Position numbers and translations under genes: made by a program
The notes under the pieces: generated by a model
The model's database searches: none
What the model was told of the DNA's origin: nothing
What the model saw: only the letters and a program-made list of their open reading frames with translations
Source of the DNA: Raillietiella orientalis
Taxonomy: Eukaryota
Reading direction: 5' to 3'
Assembly: GCA_036172245.1 (NCBI GenBank)
Contig: JAYWIR010000018.1
Span: 1,488,001 to 1,552,000, forward strand
Length of the DNA stretch: 64,000 nucleotides
Shown here: positions 51,793 through 64,000 of the stretch, one piece after another
Layout: every line of letters begins with the position of its first letter
Position numbering within the stretch: position 1 is the stretch's first letter

Positions 51793-54700
51793 CAATCCGC
51801 GGAAGAACTGGAGCGAAACGGCTTTGGGAGGCCGCAGCAGGCATCTGCATGTGAGGCAACGGAAAACGGGGGCAGAAAAAAAAAAAAAAAAAAAAAACTC
51901 TCTTCATCTGCGGATGAAGATAATGCGAGCAGATGGGGCCCCAAGATGAGATCGAGAGGAAAAGACAGAAGGAGAAGGAAGAGGCTACTAATCAGATCTG
52001 GGGAGAGGAGGAGGAGGAGGAGCTCTCCGTCAACCGGAGCAGCAGCGGCGGCAGCGGATCGGCTCGCCAGCCGCTGCATCTTGCAGGATGTGCCGCTGCA
52101 TCTGCTCTTCCCGATGAACGCCATCCCTTCTCCTCCTGGAAACGGCAGCAGCATCTGCCGCCGCCGACGACGCCGGCGTTCCGAAGGATGAAGCCAGGGA
52201 GGGGGCCACTCAGTCCCGACATGCAGCGCACGTGGCAGCGGCGGACGCTGAGGGAGCCCCCCCCCCCTCCCTCCGCTCATGCGCTCGCAGACACCAGGTC
52301 AGCTCTCCTCCCCTCTCCTCCTGACTCTCACTCTCCCGTACCGTAGAAACGACAGCGGGAAAAAGGGGTAGTTGGCATCCCCCTCGCTCATCTTTCTCGA
52401 GCGTGCGCGCATGCGTGCGCGGCTTTCGGAAGTCCCAGCCGTGCGGAGAGCGTGCAACACACCCGAAGGCGCGGAGAGCTGTGGCAGATGTCGAGATGCT
52501 CGCCCTTGATTGGACTGGCGGGGCTTCGTGCGTCCGTGCAACACGCCCTTCGTCACCCTTCCGTCCAGCCGCTGCGCCACCATCCCACGAAGCACGGTTC
52601 CTCCTCCTGCATCCCTGGCCACTCCTCCCTTGGGACTGAGGGGGACGGAGGGCAGAACGTTACTAGGAGTGGGCTCGTTGGCTCCGGGAGAGGTCGTCCT
52701 GCCGCTCGCCTTCGTCACGCCAGGGCGTCCTCGTGCTGCCAGCCTCTGAGTAGGGCAGAGGCTGCGGCCCCCAGGTGCTGTCGGCGAGCGGAGACACCAC
52801 CATCTTCCCCCCCCCCACCCCCCGTCCGTCAGCGGAGGGATCTGCCGGCAGAGAGGTGCTCCCCACCTAAGGGGAGATTCGGGGGTTCTCGGTCGAGTCC
52901 GGCCCGCGCACGAGGGAGAGGGGAGGGGCAAAGAGGGGTTTCCACTACCGGAGCTTCCAAAGGGCGTTAGCTCGGTTCAGTGGTTGGAGCACTTCCCCTT
53001 CCCTCTTTGTTGCTCATGCGCTCGCAGTCCAGTTAGGCAGGTCTTCTGCTCCTCCAGGTCGATCGGGGATGCAGGAGGGGATCGACGTCGAGGGCAGGAT
53101 GCGGGACGAGGTCGCACGGCATCGCTCTGCCGTCGCGAGATGCGGGCTGGAGACGCGGCGTGGGGGCAAGGCAGCATGGGACGCCTAACCCGGACGTGAC
53201 CTTTGCCCACTCTGCGAACTGGGGGACGCTGCCTCTTCCCCCCTTGAACCTGACTCCCTTCGGGGGAGGGGATCCGAACTCGGCACCTGGGGTCCCGCGC
53301 GGGGCAGAGTTCGCCCGACCTTGCAGCCCGGTTGCTGAGTTCCAAGGCCAAGAACCAAGGCCACCGTTGGGGGAAGGAGGGAGGGCGAGGGAAGGACGGT
53401 TCCCCCCGGTCATGACTGCGCAGGTTGAGGGGGGGATCCCGAGATGGGACGACCCCTCAGGATGTCGAACTCGGGTGAGGTCAAGATGAGAGTCGTCTCG
53501 TCGCATGCCGTTGCCATGGTCGCCGTTTCCGACTTGTTTTCCTTCTTTTGCAAGCGCCGTCTCCCCTAGAGACCGGCACACCCAGATCCCACTCCTGGGA
53601 AGTCCGGGATGGGGGATCAATCTCGTTCGGGAGACGAGAGCCGAGGACGAAGCTGTCTCTTCCCTACTCCTGCGTTGCCCTTGCCCTTGCTTCAGGGGAG
53701 ACTAATTGCCTGAAGAGCACTCCTGCCTTCTTCTTTCGGGACGGGGAAAGGGAGTGAAGGAAGGGAGAGCATGGACTGAATTCCGGGAAGATAAGGTCTA
53801 TCCGAGGAGGCGGGGAAACGCACCATGTGACCCCGTAGTGGTCAGTAAGCTGCACCAAAAGGAAGCTGCCGTCGGCCAGACGCTTCCCGCCTGAGGGAAT
53901 CCGAGTCCCGCGATGATATCGAGCCCGACGACGCACGCGCGCACCGGGCACGACCTCCGGGGGGGTTCCAGCTTCGGCATCTTCTCCCTCCCCTCTTTGC
54001 TCGCCAGCCCACGCGGCAACACGCACTCGTTCCTCCTGAGGGTGGAACAGGGCTGGGTGGTCCGGGATACCCTTTCCATGGAAGAATTCCGAAATTCAGC
54101 CACCGGACCGATCCACGAGCGTAACGAGCCGCTTCTCCCAGTTCGACGGGTCCATCCGCACGTGATCCCCACCCTCCCTCCCACCTCTCTCGAGCAGCCA
54201 CGGAACGACCTCCGGGAATGTTGACCACTTTCTCCCGCGATCCTCCTTCCGGGACCGCACCGTCGCCTGCTGCTGTCGAGCGCCCTCTCGCGATCCTGAA
54301 GAATGGTGGAGGGAAAGCGCGATGAAAACCTCTTAAAAGGAAAGATGGGCCATCAGACGATCCCAGGCCACCTTCGGTTCTGTTCATCGTGCTCTCCTCA
54401 GTTCATCCATCCATCCTCGGGACGCCGGTCTTCCTCTGGAAAAAGCTCGCGCAGCAGCATCAACTGGATCGTCGTCAAAGTCAGGAGCCATCATCAGAGT
54501 GTCCATCTCCTTCCCTCCGTCCTCGGTCATGATGGCTTCACCCCCTCTCCCCTCGATGAGAGGACTCTCTCCACAGCTGGTTTCCTCCCTTCCCACGTCG
54601 ATGGTCTAGCTGGGACAAGGCCCTCGAGGGAGCGGCGGCGACCAGCGTTCCCCTGGAAACGGAAAACGCCTGGAATACGAATGTCAAAAGCTCGTAAAAC

Positions 54701-55125
54701 GCGGGCTCTTGGCCGCCGGTCGATGTGCAAAACAAGGAAACTGCTAGCCGAAAACACACACACACACAAAACAAACAAACACACACACACACACAAAAAC
54801 TTCTTTTTTGCGCTCACGAGATTGCGAGCGCCACGGCGGCGAGCCTACGCGAGTGCGTGCGTGCTGCGTTCATGGTGGTGTGTGTGCGCGTGCGAGCGTT
54901 TGCATACGTGTCCTTTCCTGCCGTCATGAAAGGAGCGCCCTAGAAGGAACGCGCGCATGCAATGGAGGGAGGAGAGCTCGAGTCTGCTGCTGCCGCTTCG
55001 TCCGCATCTGTGACGGTTCCTCCTCCCTCCTTCGGCGGAAAAGCTCCCGTCGTGGTAAGCCCGTTCTGTTCGACTGCGCTCTGTTCACGAAAGCCACCAG
55101 CAGGTGTCAAGCGGAGGAGCCCCTA

Positions 55126-55219
55126 TGCTGCTGCTGCTGCTGCTGCTGCCGCCGAGGAGGGGGAGGGAAAGAAAGCGCAAACAGGTGAAAACACGCGCGT
55201 GCGCGCGCGCGCGCGCGCG
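55126..55219. repeat. (GCT)n microsatellite followed by a (CG)n Z-DNA-prone tract
   Basis: About 7-8 GCT units at 55126-55149; acacgcgcgtgcgcgcgcgcgcgcgcgcg at 55191-55219. Confidence 0.85.
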
Positions 55220-55633
55220 GAAGAGTTTCCCGCCGCGTTCCTCCTCCTCCACCTCTTTCTTCCGATATTCCCCATCAGAAAAGATTTATGCCCGGAACTG
55301 GAGCGAGAGAGCAGCCTGCGCGAAAGGCGGAGGGGAGTGGCCAGTCGGTCGCCATCCGAAGGGTCGCCTGTTAGCTCTGCGGATCCGGAAACTTCCATCC
55401 GTCACGAAAAGAACCGCTTTATTGGCACGAGTGCATGCCATCGGCTTCTTGGCAGCCGAACAGTCGCCATCTATCAATGGGCCGCGGCTCGGACCAGACT
55501 CCGGCGACACGCAAACGCGCAGGGAAGGGCGCATTCTTTTCCGCCCGCTGGTCCGTCCGCTTCGCCGAGCTCCGCGCAAAGGAACGACGGCGAGCGGGGA
55601 CGCAGCACGGGGGCAACCGTTCAGATGAAGAGC

Positions 55634-56806
55634 TTTTTCTTTTTTTGGTTCGCTGAATATTCGGGAACCGTCGTTCGCCTGGGGGATCACGAGGCGCTTT
55701 GACACCGTCCACGCCACCAGAAGGTGCGTGTAACTCTCCGAGTTATAGGGCAGGTAATGCCAGAGAGGACCACCGTATGAATCCAGGAAGGCACCGGAGG
55801 AAGAAGTCCGTTCCTTATACCGTTGGGAGGGAACCTTGAAGGAAATCCACGCCCTAGTTCTCTCCGAAAGGAACCTCTTCCTCATTCTCTCCGGAAAGAG
55901 CTGCTCCTGGAATGTCTTTTCTGGAGGACACCCGCAAGGGAATGGGTCCTTGTCTCCTGCTCTGAAGAGAACCCCGAAGGGCGCTTCCCCGAAGAGAACA
56001 GCGCACTTGACTCTCTGGAAGGGTATCAATCCACCAGCTCCATGAAATGAGATAGAGGGTCCTCCTCCGGGGGGGGGGGGGGGACGTCTCTATTTTCACA
56101 ACCGGATGGGAATCCCCAAGGACTCCTTGGTTCCCGGAAGGATCCCGGAGAGTCAACGGGGACATCCGGTTTCCACCAGTGCTGCATTCCCCAGCCGTAG
56201 TGCCAGAGACGTTTCAAAGCGCCTCTTCTTGCGCGACGCCCTCACGCCGGCCGCATCTCTAGCAGCGGCACTTTGCTGCCTACGGGGATCGTGGCTGCAT
56301 GGAGCAGCAACGCCAGAGGAGGCCAGGACGACAGGGACGCCATCTAGTCTGCTGTCTTCTTCATGAGGACAGCGTCAAGATGGCCCCATCTGGGAGTCTT
56401 GAAACAGGAACTTGCGGGCATCCTTAGAAGGATGCAGAGGACGTCCTCCAGCACACAGTGATCCCTTCCCGAGCCCCCCCCATTTTTTGACTGCATTTTT
56501 CCGTTTTATTTTCTTTTTCTTTTTGTCTGTCTCCCCTTCCCCTGTGCTGCAGAGGCGAATCTCTCTGGCCGGCGTGCCAGTTCCCGGGAGGTTCCTTCTC
56601 GTAGTGATTAGTGACGTGGCAGGATCAAATGTCCTCCCACAGACATATAGGTTTTATAAATAAATACTCCGGCGTGACCGGGTGTCAACCAGTGCTGCAC
56701 CCGAATCCCATGGGCCAAACAGCATCTTGCGAGAGGGAGGGGGATTCGAACCCGCGACGCTTGGTACCACCACCCGCGGAAGCACGCGGCCGCCAACTCG
56801 GGCCTG
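55634..56806 (-). mobile_element. Diverged tRNA-derived SINE-like element, copy 2 (head 56806-56688, body 56186-55634, interrupted by about 500 bp)
   Basis: Minus strand has A-box-like AGGCCCGAGTTGG (56805-56793) and a perfect B box GGTTCGAATCC (56752-56742), but no cloverleaf. The body shares blocks such as tatgaatccagga, agtccgtt, ttgggaggga, ccacgccct, ctctgaagag, ccagctccatg, tcacaaccgga and ttcccggaagg with 31103-31640, in the same order. Confidence 0.6.
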
Positions 56807-59800
56807 CGAAGAGCTTCGTGATGGTGCGCCGCACGCAACGTGCGCTTGCGTACGTGTCCTCCGCGGACGCTTCCCGACCATGATCGGGTGGTGCCGAAGA
56901 AAGCGTCGGCAGCGGGGAAAAAGGGAGGGTAGGTGGTCGTGTACGGTGTCGTCCATGCTGTACGTACGGTGAGCGAGCAGGGTTGCCTCCAAAGGCGACG
57001 TCGGAAGGAGGGAACATCTGTCGGGAGCAGACTTTTCGCGGTGGGGTTTTTTCTTCTCCCCTCACGCCGGATGCCTTGCAGCGGAACACACGGCACGTGA
57101 GATCTGTGGAGAGTCCAGAATCCTCCGATCGGAGCCAGACGAAGAATACGCCCTCTGGGCAGGGATGGCACGGATCGAACGCAGGCCAGGAAGCAAGAGC
57201 TGTCGCGATACTGGGGCAGCGGAAGATGTGCAAGCCAAACTGGCCGAGGTGGCTTCTAGAAAGGGAAAGTTCCTCCTCGGAATGTCAAGATTTCTGGTTC
57301 TTGACGTGACGCAGGCGTAAGGTCTTCTCCTCCTCCTCCTCGCCCACTCGGAGAAAGCGGAGGATTACTTTCCAGATACGAGGCGGCCCGGTGATCCTTT
57401 GACAACAAAACTGAGGCGCTTTCCGAATGACCTTGCCGGAATGCGAAGGGCTCCACAGTGGAAGAAAGTAGGTGGAGGGCGGTGAAGACTTTTTAATCGG
57501 AGAAGTGTGGGGTAGGAAAAAAAAAAAAAAAAACAGAAGGAAAAGAAGGAAGAACAAACAGCAACGGAAAAAATAAGAGAGGGAGGGGGCGGAAAGGAAG
57601 ACCAATAGGGTCCCTGAACCGGAAACGGAAGCTTAGCCTGAGTGTCGGTTGCTGCTGCTACTGCAGGCTGTCCGTCGACGCTACGCTGGCATATCCACCA
57701 CGTGTTGGCAACCTATGCACCCATGTGCGAGAACGAGCGCACGCGCGGGTATGCGGTTCCTTCTGTTGAGCGATGAAGGGACAGGCAGGGCCGGCTGCCT
57801 CCAGCTGCTGTCCGGCTCGATACGGCATTAAAGAACTGTTAGGAGGGAGGAGGTGCCAAACGCTTCTGGCCTTCTTCGCACGTTTCCGATGGAGAAAGAG
57901 CTGCGGCCGTTCGACTGCTCTACATTCAAATTGCTGTCACCCTGGGGTAAGGAAATGGGATAGCGGGATGCTTCTTGGCACACCGGATGCTCCGCAACCG
58001 TAAAGGGGCAGCAGACCCTCGAGGGAGTGGAGGCGACCAGCGTTCTCCTGGAAACTCGACCGGCCAAAGAGTGGTGAAAGGGAGCTCCGCTTTCTGGTAC
58101 TTCAGTTCTCGCCCGTTCCTCCATACCGCGAAGACCAGTTCCTCCCTGCCCGCATGGATACAGTGGGCCATGTCCGGATGTGTGGGTGAGCTGCTCGTCC
58201 ACACGGGGAGCCAAATGCATCTGGATCAGAGAGGTGCTTCTGGATGGAGATCCACCTTTTGGGGCGTCTTGGTTCTTCTGCGGCGACTCGCGCCTTGCGT
58301 GGCGGGAGGGCGCGCTTTCTCCGCGAGCATCTGCGGGGGTGGCTCCTTGGAGATCGCGCACGTCGTCGACCTCCGCGTGTTTCTGCGAGACCAGAGGAAG
58401 GAGAGAGAGGAGAGGACAGACCTCCTCTGCTTACGTCTCCGCGAATCGCTACCTCCTTTGCCGCAGGGTCCCTCGACCTCGCTCTCTGGGAGGGGATGCG
58501 ACCGGGGAGCGCTCCTCCTCGCTCTCGGCGAGTTCTTCGCGCGGAACCTGCGTTTCCGTCGGGGGTTCACACTGCGCATGCCCAGCATGAACGCCGGCGT
58601 GCCGAGGAGCCGTCTCATCCCCAAGGTTTCGACATCGGGAGCACATGAATTGAAAGACTGATCCCGCGCGCAAATGCACAAATGGTAAACGACCCTGAGG
58701 TCGTCTTAAGATGTGAGGAAGACACGCTCAGACAACCAGCGCTTAGCGAGAAGCTCTGGACGACGATCTCACCCCTCCCCTCTCCGCCGCCCCTTTTCTT
58801 CTTCCTCTCCCTTAAGCCGCGGAGGTGCGTGTTTGTCTCGTGACGCTCCTCAGCAGGCTGAGGAGGGCGGAGGCTGTAACAAACGCAGATACGAAAGATG
58901 AGTGATGGCGGTGGGACCATCCTGTGAGTTTTCCGCAGAGTATTTATACACGTTATTAATAGATTGTTAAGTCATTGTCTGAAAGCTCGCAGGAGGAACG
59001 CAAAAAATCCCTTCCTTCCAGGATCGGTCTGGAACGCACCGCGTCAGCGACGGAGAGACGGCTGCTGTTACTGCTGCTCACCACCTTCCCTTCGTTGTGG
59101 AAGTGTCTCTGCTTGGGTTCCGCGGGTCGTGCCACCGGAAACCATGGCCCCTTCCCTCCTCAGCGGGGTTCGGGAGTCCCGAAAGGTCCCCCACAGTCGC
59201 CGCAGCAGCAGTCCCAGGGCACTCCTTCGCGCGCTCGAAGTGGAGCCAAGCGAAAGCGCGCGAGGGAATCTCCTCCCTCTTTCGTTTTGATCAAAGGCCT
59301 TCTTCTTTCAGAGAAGCGTGCACGGCCAGTCCCTCTCTCGTCCCCACCCCGCCCCCTCCTCCTGCTCTTCCGAGAGGACGTCTTCCAGTGGAAGGTGGGC
59401 CCGATAAGAATCTCGGCGTGGTTTCTGTCGGCCAAAAAACACGTGCGGGATAATTTAGGGGTGAGGGTGGGTGGGTGGTGATGTCAGTGCGTGTGTGTGT
59501 GTGGGGGGGGGGACGAAGCAGGGAACTGTCGCTGCTGCTGCAGAACCGCGATATGGAACACATCTTCGCAGAAGCAGGAGGAGTGGGTGGGTCTCCAGCA
59601 GGAAGTTTATCCTCCTCCTCACCCCCACCCCCCTTCCGTCTTGTCTCTGCGGCCCGCTCCTTCTCCGTTTCGCAAGGTGGCACCGTCTCTCGGAAGAACA
59701 CGCACGCTCGAGTCCCGTCCCTCCCCTCCTCCCTCGCCTTCTACTCTTCCCCTGCTCCCCAACGAACTTCTCTTTTCCGGTTATCACGCGCGGTGTTTAC

Positions 59801-60656
59801 ATCTCTGGCCGCCTCTGATAACTCGGAATGCAAACCAACAAGGAGGGACCCCTCCCCCTTCTTCCCCCGCGCACCCGAAAAATCTCCAAAGGAGGGAAAG
59901 CCGTTCGCGGTTTTCCGGAGCAGCACTGTTTACACGTGCCGACACCAGGCACGGATCCAGAGATTTATCTAATAAAATGAACAGCGTCTCATCGTTTCCA
60001 TGGCCGTTTATTTGGAGCGCACGTGCGGAACACGCGGTCCTATTTTAAAAATTCATTACGGGAGGTGGCGAGCTACCCAGGAAGATGGCGTGGAAGACGG
60101 GAAGGCGAAGATGAAGCGCAAGCGTCCTCCCCTTTCCCCGAGGGAGATGCTGTCCGGGAAGACGGACGGGAGAAGGAGGCGCCACAGGAGCTTCCGGGGC
60201 CATCCCCCTCGGAACGTGGGGGTTGCGGGAGACACTCGGAAGAAGCGAGGCGGTCCTTGGGGAGATCCTTCCGAAAACTCTCGGGGGAACCACAGGGAGT
60301 CGGGAACTTTTCGTCCGAAGACATGGCGGCGACTTCGGGTGGATGACGGAGTCGACCTCGCGAACTGCTGCAGGCGCCGGCTGCGCCTCCTCCGCCTGCA
60401 GAGGAGCCGGTGCTCCGTCCGCACGCGGATCACAGCGCAGAGAGAAGAGGAGCCCCCAAGAGGAAGGGGGGGTGAGGTGGAGCGGGAGAGGAAGAAGGAA
60501 TTTCAGGATGCTCTCGTCCCCTGGAGCTGCAGTCATGCGATGATGCCCTGCGTCAAGCCGCAACCCAAGGTGTCCGCCCACCCTTGAAGGCAACGGGTGC
60601 ACTCCCGTACGGAGTCACGGAAACCTGACCATCCTGATACAGGAGAGGCGGTCTGT

Positions 60657-60865
60657 CGCCGTCCTCGGGACAGGGAAGTTCCATCGCTCGCCACGGGAGG
60701 GACGTGAGCGCTGTCCGAGGCATCCCACAAGCGGAAAAAGAAGCAGGAACGGAGGGCAGGGAGGGAAGCGCACTGGCGTACCAGAGCAGCGCAGTTCCCA
60801 TGGAGGCACGGGTAGCTGCTGTGACGAGAAGATGCCGGTTGTCCAAGGAGGCTGCCTGTATTCGG
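60657..60865 (+). repeat. Inverted repeat left arm (partner 63097-63264)
   Basis: Exact inverted blocks 60657-60677/63244-63264 (21 nt) and 60740-60755/63209-63224 (16 nt), plus 22/23 at 60825-60847/63114-63136. Confidence 0.9.
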
Positions 60866-63096
60866 AGCAGGCGGGGAACGAGAAGAGCCAAGCTGGAAAA
60901 GGCGACAGTTCCAGGCATCGGACCCAGAGGGCACCTGATAAGGAGGGATTTGCGTGAAGGAGGAGACTCGTCAAGGACACCATGATGGCCCTCTGGTAGG
61001 GAGGTTGTCCAGTGCCGGAGGACCATGGATCACACGCCTGAGGTCGCTGCTATCGCCGTCGATGTCTTCTCTTCAGGAAGAGTTCTCCAGGTTCCTGAGA
61101 TATGGCATTATCTCTTCCTCTCAGGGTAGACAAAGATGCTCCTCCTCATCCGAAAGGGGGACTGGAAGGATGCGGCCTTCGTTTGGAGTCCTGGGAATCA
61201 GATGGACGAGATTCCTTCTTTCACCAGCACGAAATAGACCGTCTAGGAGCGAGGAGGAGGAAAAGGGGAAAGAGGAAAGAGAAGGAACGAGGGGGTTTGC
61301 TTTGTTCTCCTTCCCCCTCCCCGCTCTTCATCCACCAGTGAGTTCCTCACTTAGGAAGAGTGGCGCTGGTTTGCATGTTTCCTCCGCCTTCCTACGCGCA
61401 GTTTCCGCTCTCCGCTCATCGGCAGACCGCGCTTATGCCGAGCCGTCCGTCGCTGGTGCTGCTTGGCAGAGATCAAACGCTCGCGGGGACTCCGGAGGTT
61501 CTAAGAGTTCGCTCCTCAGGACCTCCCCCTCGCATACTCAGAGATCTTTCCCTTCCCTCTCTCCCCCCTTCCCTTCTCCTTTGCTTCTCTTCGCCCTCTT
61601 CGTTCCCGGCGCCAGAAGAGTTGGATCCGCGAAGTCTGAACCGGGACAAGAGATCATGGCGCCAGAGGCCGTCCCACGGCGATACGGGGGGGAGCGCCGC
61701 CGCCATTTCCAGACGGCCTCCTTCTCCTCCACCCAGTCTCTCGAAGGCGAGGAAGAGCGTCAGGGAGTCAGGTGACGCTGGGGTGGTCCTGGTGAGCATC
61801 CGGCAGCGACAATGCGGTCCCGTCGGGCGGGTTTACCTCTCGTGAGTCTTCGGGAGAGATCCAGTTCGAGAGAGGGAAAGAGGGAGCAGGCGGGACTCGG
61901 AACGCTCTTCTGCTGCTGGAGAAGCCGGGAACTCGAGCGCAGGTGAGCCCGTGCCGGTATTCGAAAAATCAAACCTGAGGGTGTGTGTGGGCACGGGGGA
62001 GAGGTATTCGGGAAGGATGGAGTTCCTCAGGAAGCGCGAGGCATCGGCTGAACGGCTTCCAGCATGCTTCTTCGGTCGGTGCGTGCAAGAAGACACTCAT
62101 GTGGGATGCATTCCAGGCGAGTGTTGGAGGATTCGAAACGGCAGACGGCAGGCTGGATCGGCGAGCCATGGCGACCTTTATTCCCTGCACTGGAGAATGG
62201 CGGGGCGAGGAGGGGGGGGGGAAAGGCTGACAGCTCCTCTACTGCTGCTGCCGTGGCGGCACGTTCTTCGCCGCTTGCCAAGCGCCGGAGCTCTCCTTCC
62301 TCCTTCTCCTCCTCCTCCTTCCCCGTGTCCCGCGTCTAGCTCGCGCGCGCCTGCTCAGTGCGAGGCGCAGCATGCAAGGGGTTGAACTCGCTCCAGCACG
62401 AGGCGCGCCTGCCTGCCTACTGCTGCTGAGTGGGAAGAGGAGGCGTCGTTGATGCTTGCGACCGTGCCAAAAGCTGAGTCAACCGCCGCCGCCGCCGCCA
62501 CCTTCGCAGGAGGCGAAGACGGACGCAAACATGGCGGCACGGAGGTCCTCATCACTTCCACCCACTTGCCGAGAGAAAGGGGCGTCCTCCCCACTCTCAG
62601 CTCGCTCGACGGAGGGGTCCCTCCGCCTCCCTCATTTCTCGCGTTGTTCCAGGCGCGCCCCACCTTCCCCCTCTTCCGCATGCGGTTCGCTTCAGCGTGC
62701 TCCCCCTTTCCGACGGAGGAGTGGGCGCACGTACGGCAGGAGCAATCCTTTGCCAGGAACCTCCGCGTTTTGCAAAGGTAGCGAAGTGCGCATTCCTTTA
62801 TTTTTAGAGGCGGCGAGAGGACACAGCTGGAATTCTGATGGTGGTGAGGAGGGGGAGAGGGAGGAAGGGGGATGATGAAGAAGAACAAGTTTCAAGGAAG
62901 AGCCCGGATAGTCGGGAAAGAAACCGGGAGGAGCTCTCCGCAGTTTTGGGAAGATGTTTCCGCGAGGGGAGGAATGCTCTCTCCCTTTCCTCCATCCCCC
63001 GTTCGCGGAAAGGGGGAAGGAAAGGAAAGAGGGGGAAGGGGAGAAGAGCGCGGACGCGAGAAGGTGCCCTGGAAGCTGCTCCTGCTCCTGCCGATC

Positions 63097-63264
63097 CCCG
63101 AAACAGCCGCCTTCTTGGACAACCAGCATCTTCTCGGTACGACAGCCACCCGTGCCGCAAAGGAAACCGCGCTGCGCTGGTATTCCAGTGGGGTTCCCTC
63201 CCCCCCCTCCTCCGTTCCTGCTTCCGCCTGCAGGCTGCCTGGGTTCCCTGTCCCGAGGACGGCG
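63097..63264 (-). repeat. Inverted repeat right arm (partner 60657-60865)
   Basis: Reverse complement matches the left arm at about 80% over the aligned core, with one indel of about 40 nt. Confidence 0.9.
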
Positions 63265-64000
63265 GGCCGACTGCCGATACGTCGCGCGTTTCCCCCCGGA
63301 GCCGAAGAGTCTTCTCCACTTCCGCCTCCCGCCCACTGCCACCGCTGCATCCCTGAGCCGCGCTGCCGCCTCTAGGTTCGACGTCCGCTCCGCATGCGTG
63401 GCGCGAAGGCAGGTCTCCCTCGACTTCCCTCATCCCTCCGCCGCCGCGTGGTCGTCCCCTTCCTCCTTCCTCCGTTCCCCCAAGAATTCGATCCGCAGCC
63501 AACTGGCGGGATCCCCAGAAACACGCCTTTGGCTGGCTCGGGTCGCCGCCGCCGTCTGCTGATGCTGCCTTTCCTAAGGCACCGCCGCCGCCGCATCAGC
63601 CGGTTGGGGCGCGTCCCCTCCGACGAGCCGGAAACGGTGCGAGGTGGTTTCGGTGGGAGCAGATGGCCATCAAAACAGGAGAGGAAGTCCCGCGTCGTCC
63701 TCCCAGACGGGCGCGAACGCGGCGCACCCCCAGGCGCTGATCCGGCGAGGTGCTTCCTCCTGCCACGTGCTGCTGCGTCCCTGAGGGACCTTCCTGGAGG
63801 GAGGGACGAGAAACGCGTTCGTTCTCCCCCGGTCCTCTTCCAGCAGCCGGAGCGTATCGCGGAGGAAGTGCCCTGGTGGAGGAAGAGCGGCCAACGCATG
63901 CCTGGCTCTGCACCCTCGCGTCCAAGGTCGCTTAGGGTCTCTCCCTCTCCTTCCAAGCGGCTCTTCCCGTTTCGGGAGGGTGGGAGAAGGAGCGACATCT

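Larger units (their letters stand above)
12500..64000. other. GC-rich, CpG-rich, apparently non-coding domain (large intron, intergenic or regulatory region)
   Basis: By eye about 60-68% GC, against about 35% in the first 10 kb. Long ORFs overlap in all six frames, are rich in R/G/P/A/S and show no recognisable domain. Simple repeats and homopolymers are abundant. Confidence 0.65.

Noticed and set aside
56730..56812. tRNA gene
   Set aside because: A/B-box-like motifs are present, but there is no acceptor or anticodon stem and no T-run terminator. It is better explained as a SINE head.
12653..63998. Hundreds of long ORFs (up to 531 aa) in the GC-rich domain
   Set aside because: They overlap in all six frames, are low-complexity R/G/P/S/A, cross homopolymers and microsatellites, and show no recognisable domain. 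This is expected from stop-codon scarcity at high GC.
9700..64000. Conserved arthropod miRNAs or C/D snoRNAs
   Set aside because: I recognised no mature miRNA by eye, and RTGATGA motifs (e.g. near 38739) lack a properly spaced CTGA and terminal stem. An Rfam/MirGeneDB search is needed to exclude them.

Overview
Eukaryotic (animal, probably arthropod; inferred) genomic DNA in two sharply different compartments. About 1-11 kb is AT-rich and gene-dense. It holds three spliced genes I could reconstruct exon by exon: a YJR142W/NUDT20-like Nudix hydrolase (+), a piRNA-pathway EXD1-like pseudo-exonuclease (-) and a MICOS MIC26/MIC27 (ApoO-family) subunit (+). Many of their introns are unusually short (39-52 nt), one is a GC-AG intron, and the Nudix and EXD1 stop codons are only 54 bp apart tail-to-tail. 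From about 12.5 kb to the end the DNA is GC- and CpG-rich with no recognisable protein; the many long ORFs there look like GC artefacts. It reads as a large regulatory, intronic or intergenic domain. It contains clustered CRE palindromes, a TAAT-rich island, a candidate core promoter, Z-DNA-type tracts, two diverged copies of an apparent tRNA-derived SINE of about 600 bp, a recent 200-bp duplication, a 43-bp minisatellite and two diverged inverted-repeat pairs. I found no CRISPR array, rRNA, intact tRNA, prokaryotic operon or clearly novel multi-gene system. All alignments and composition estimates were done by eye.
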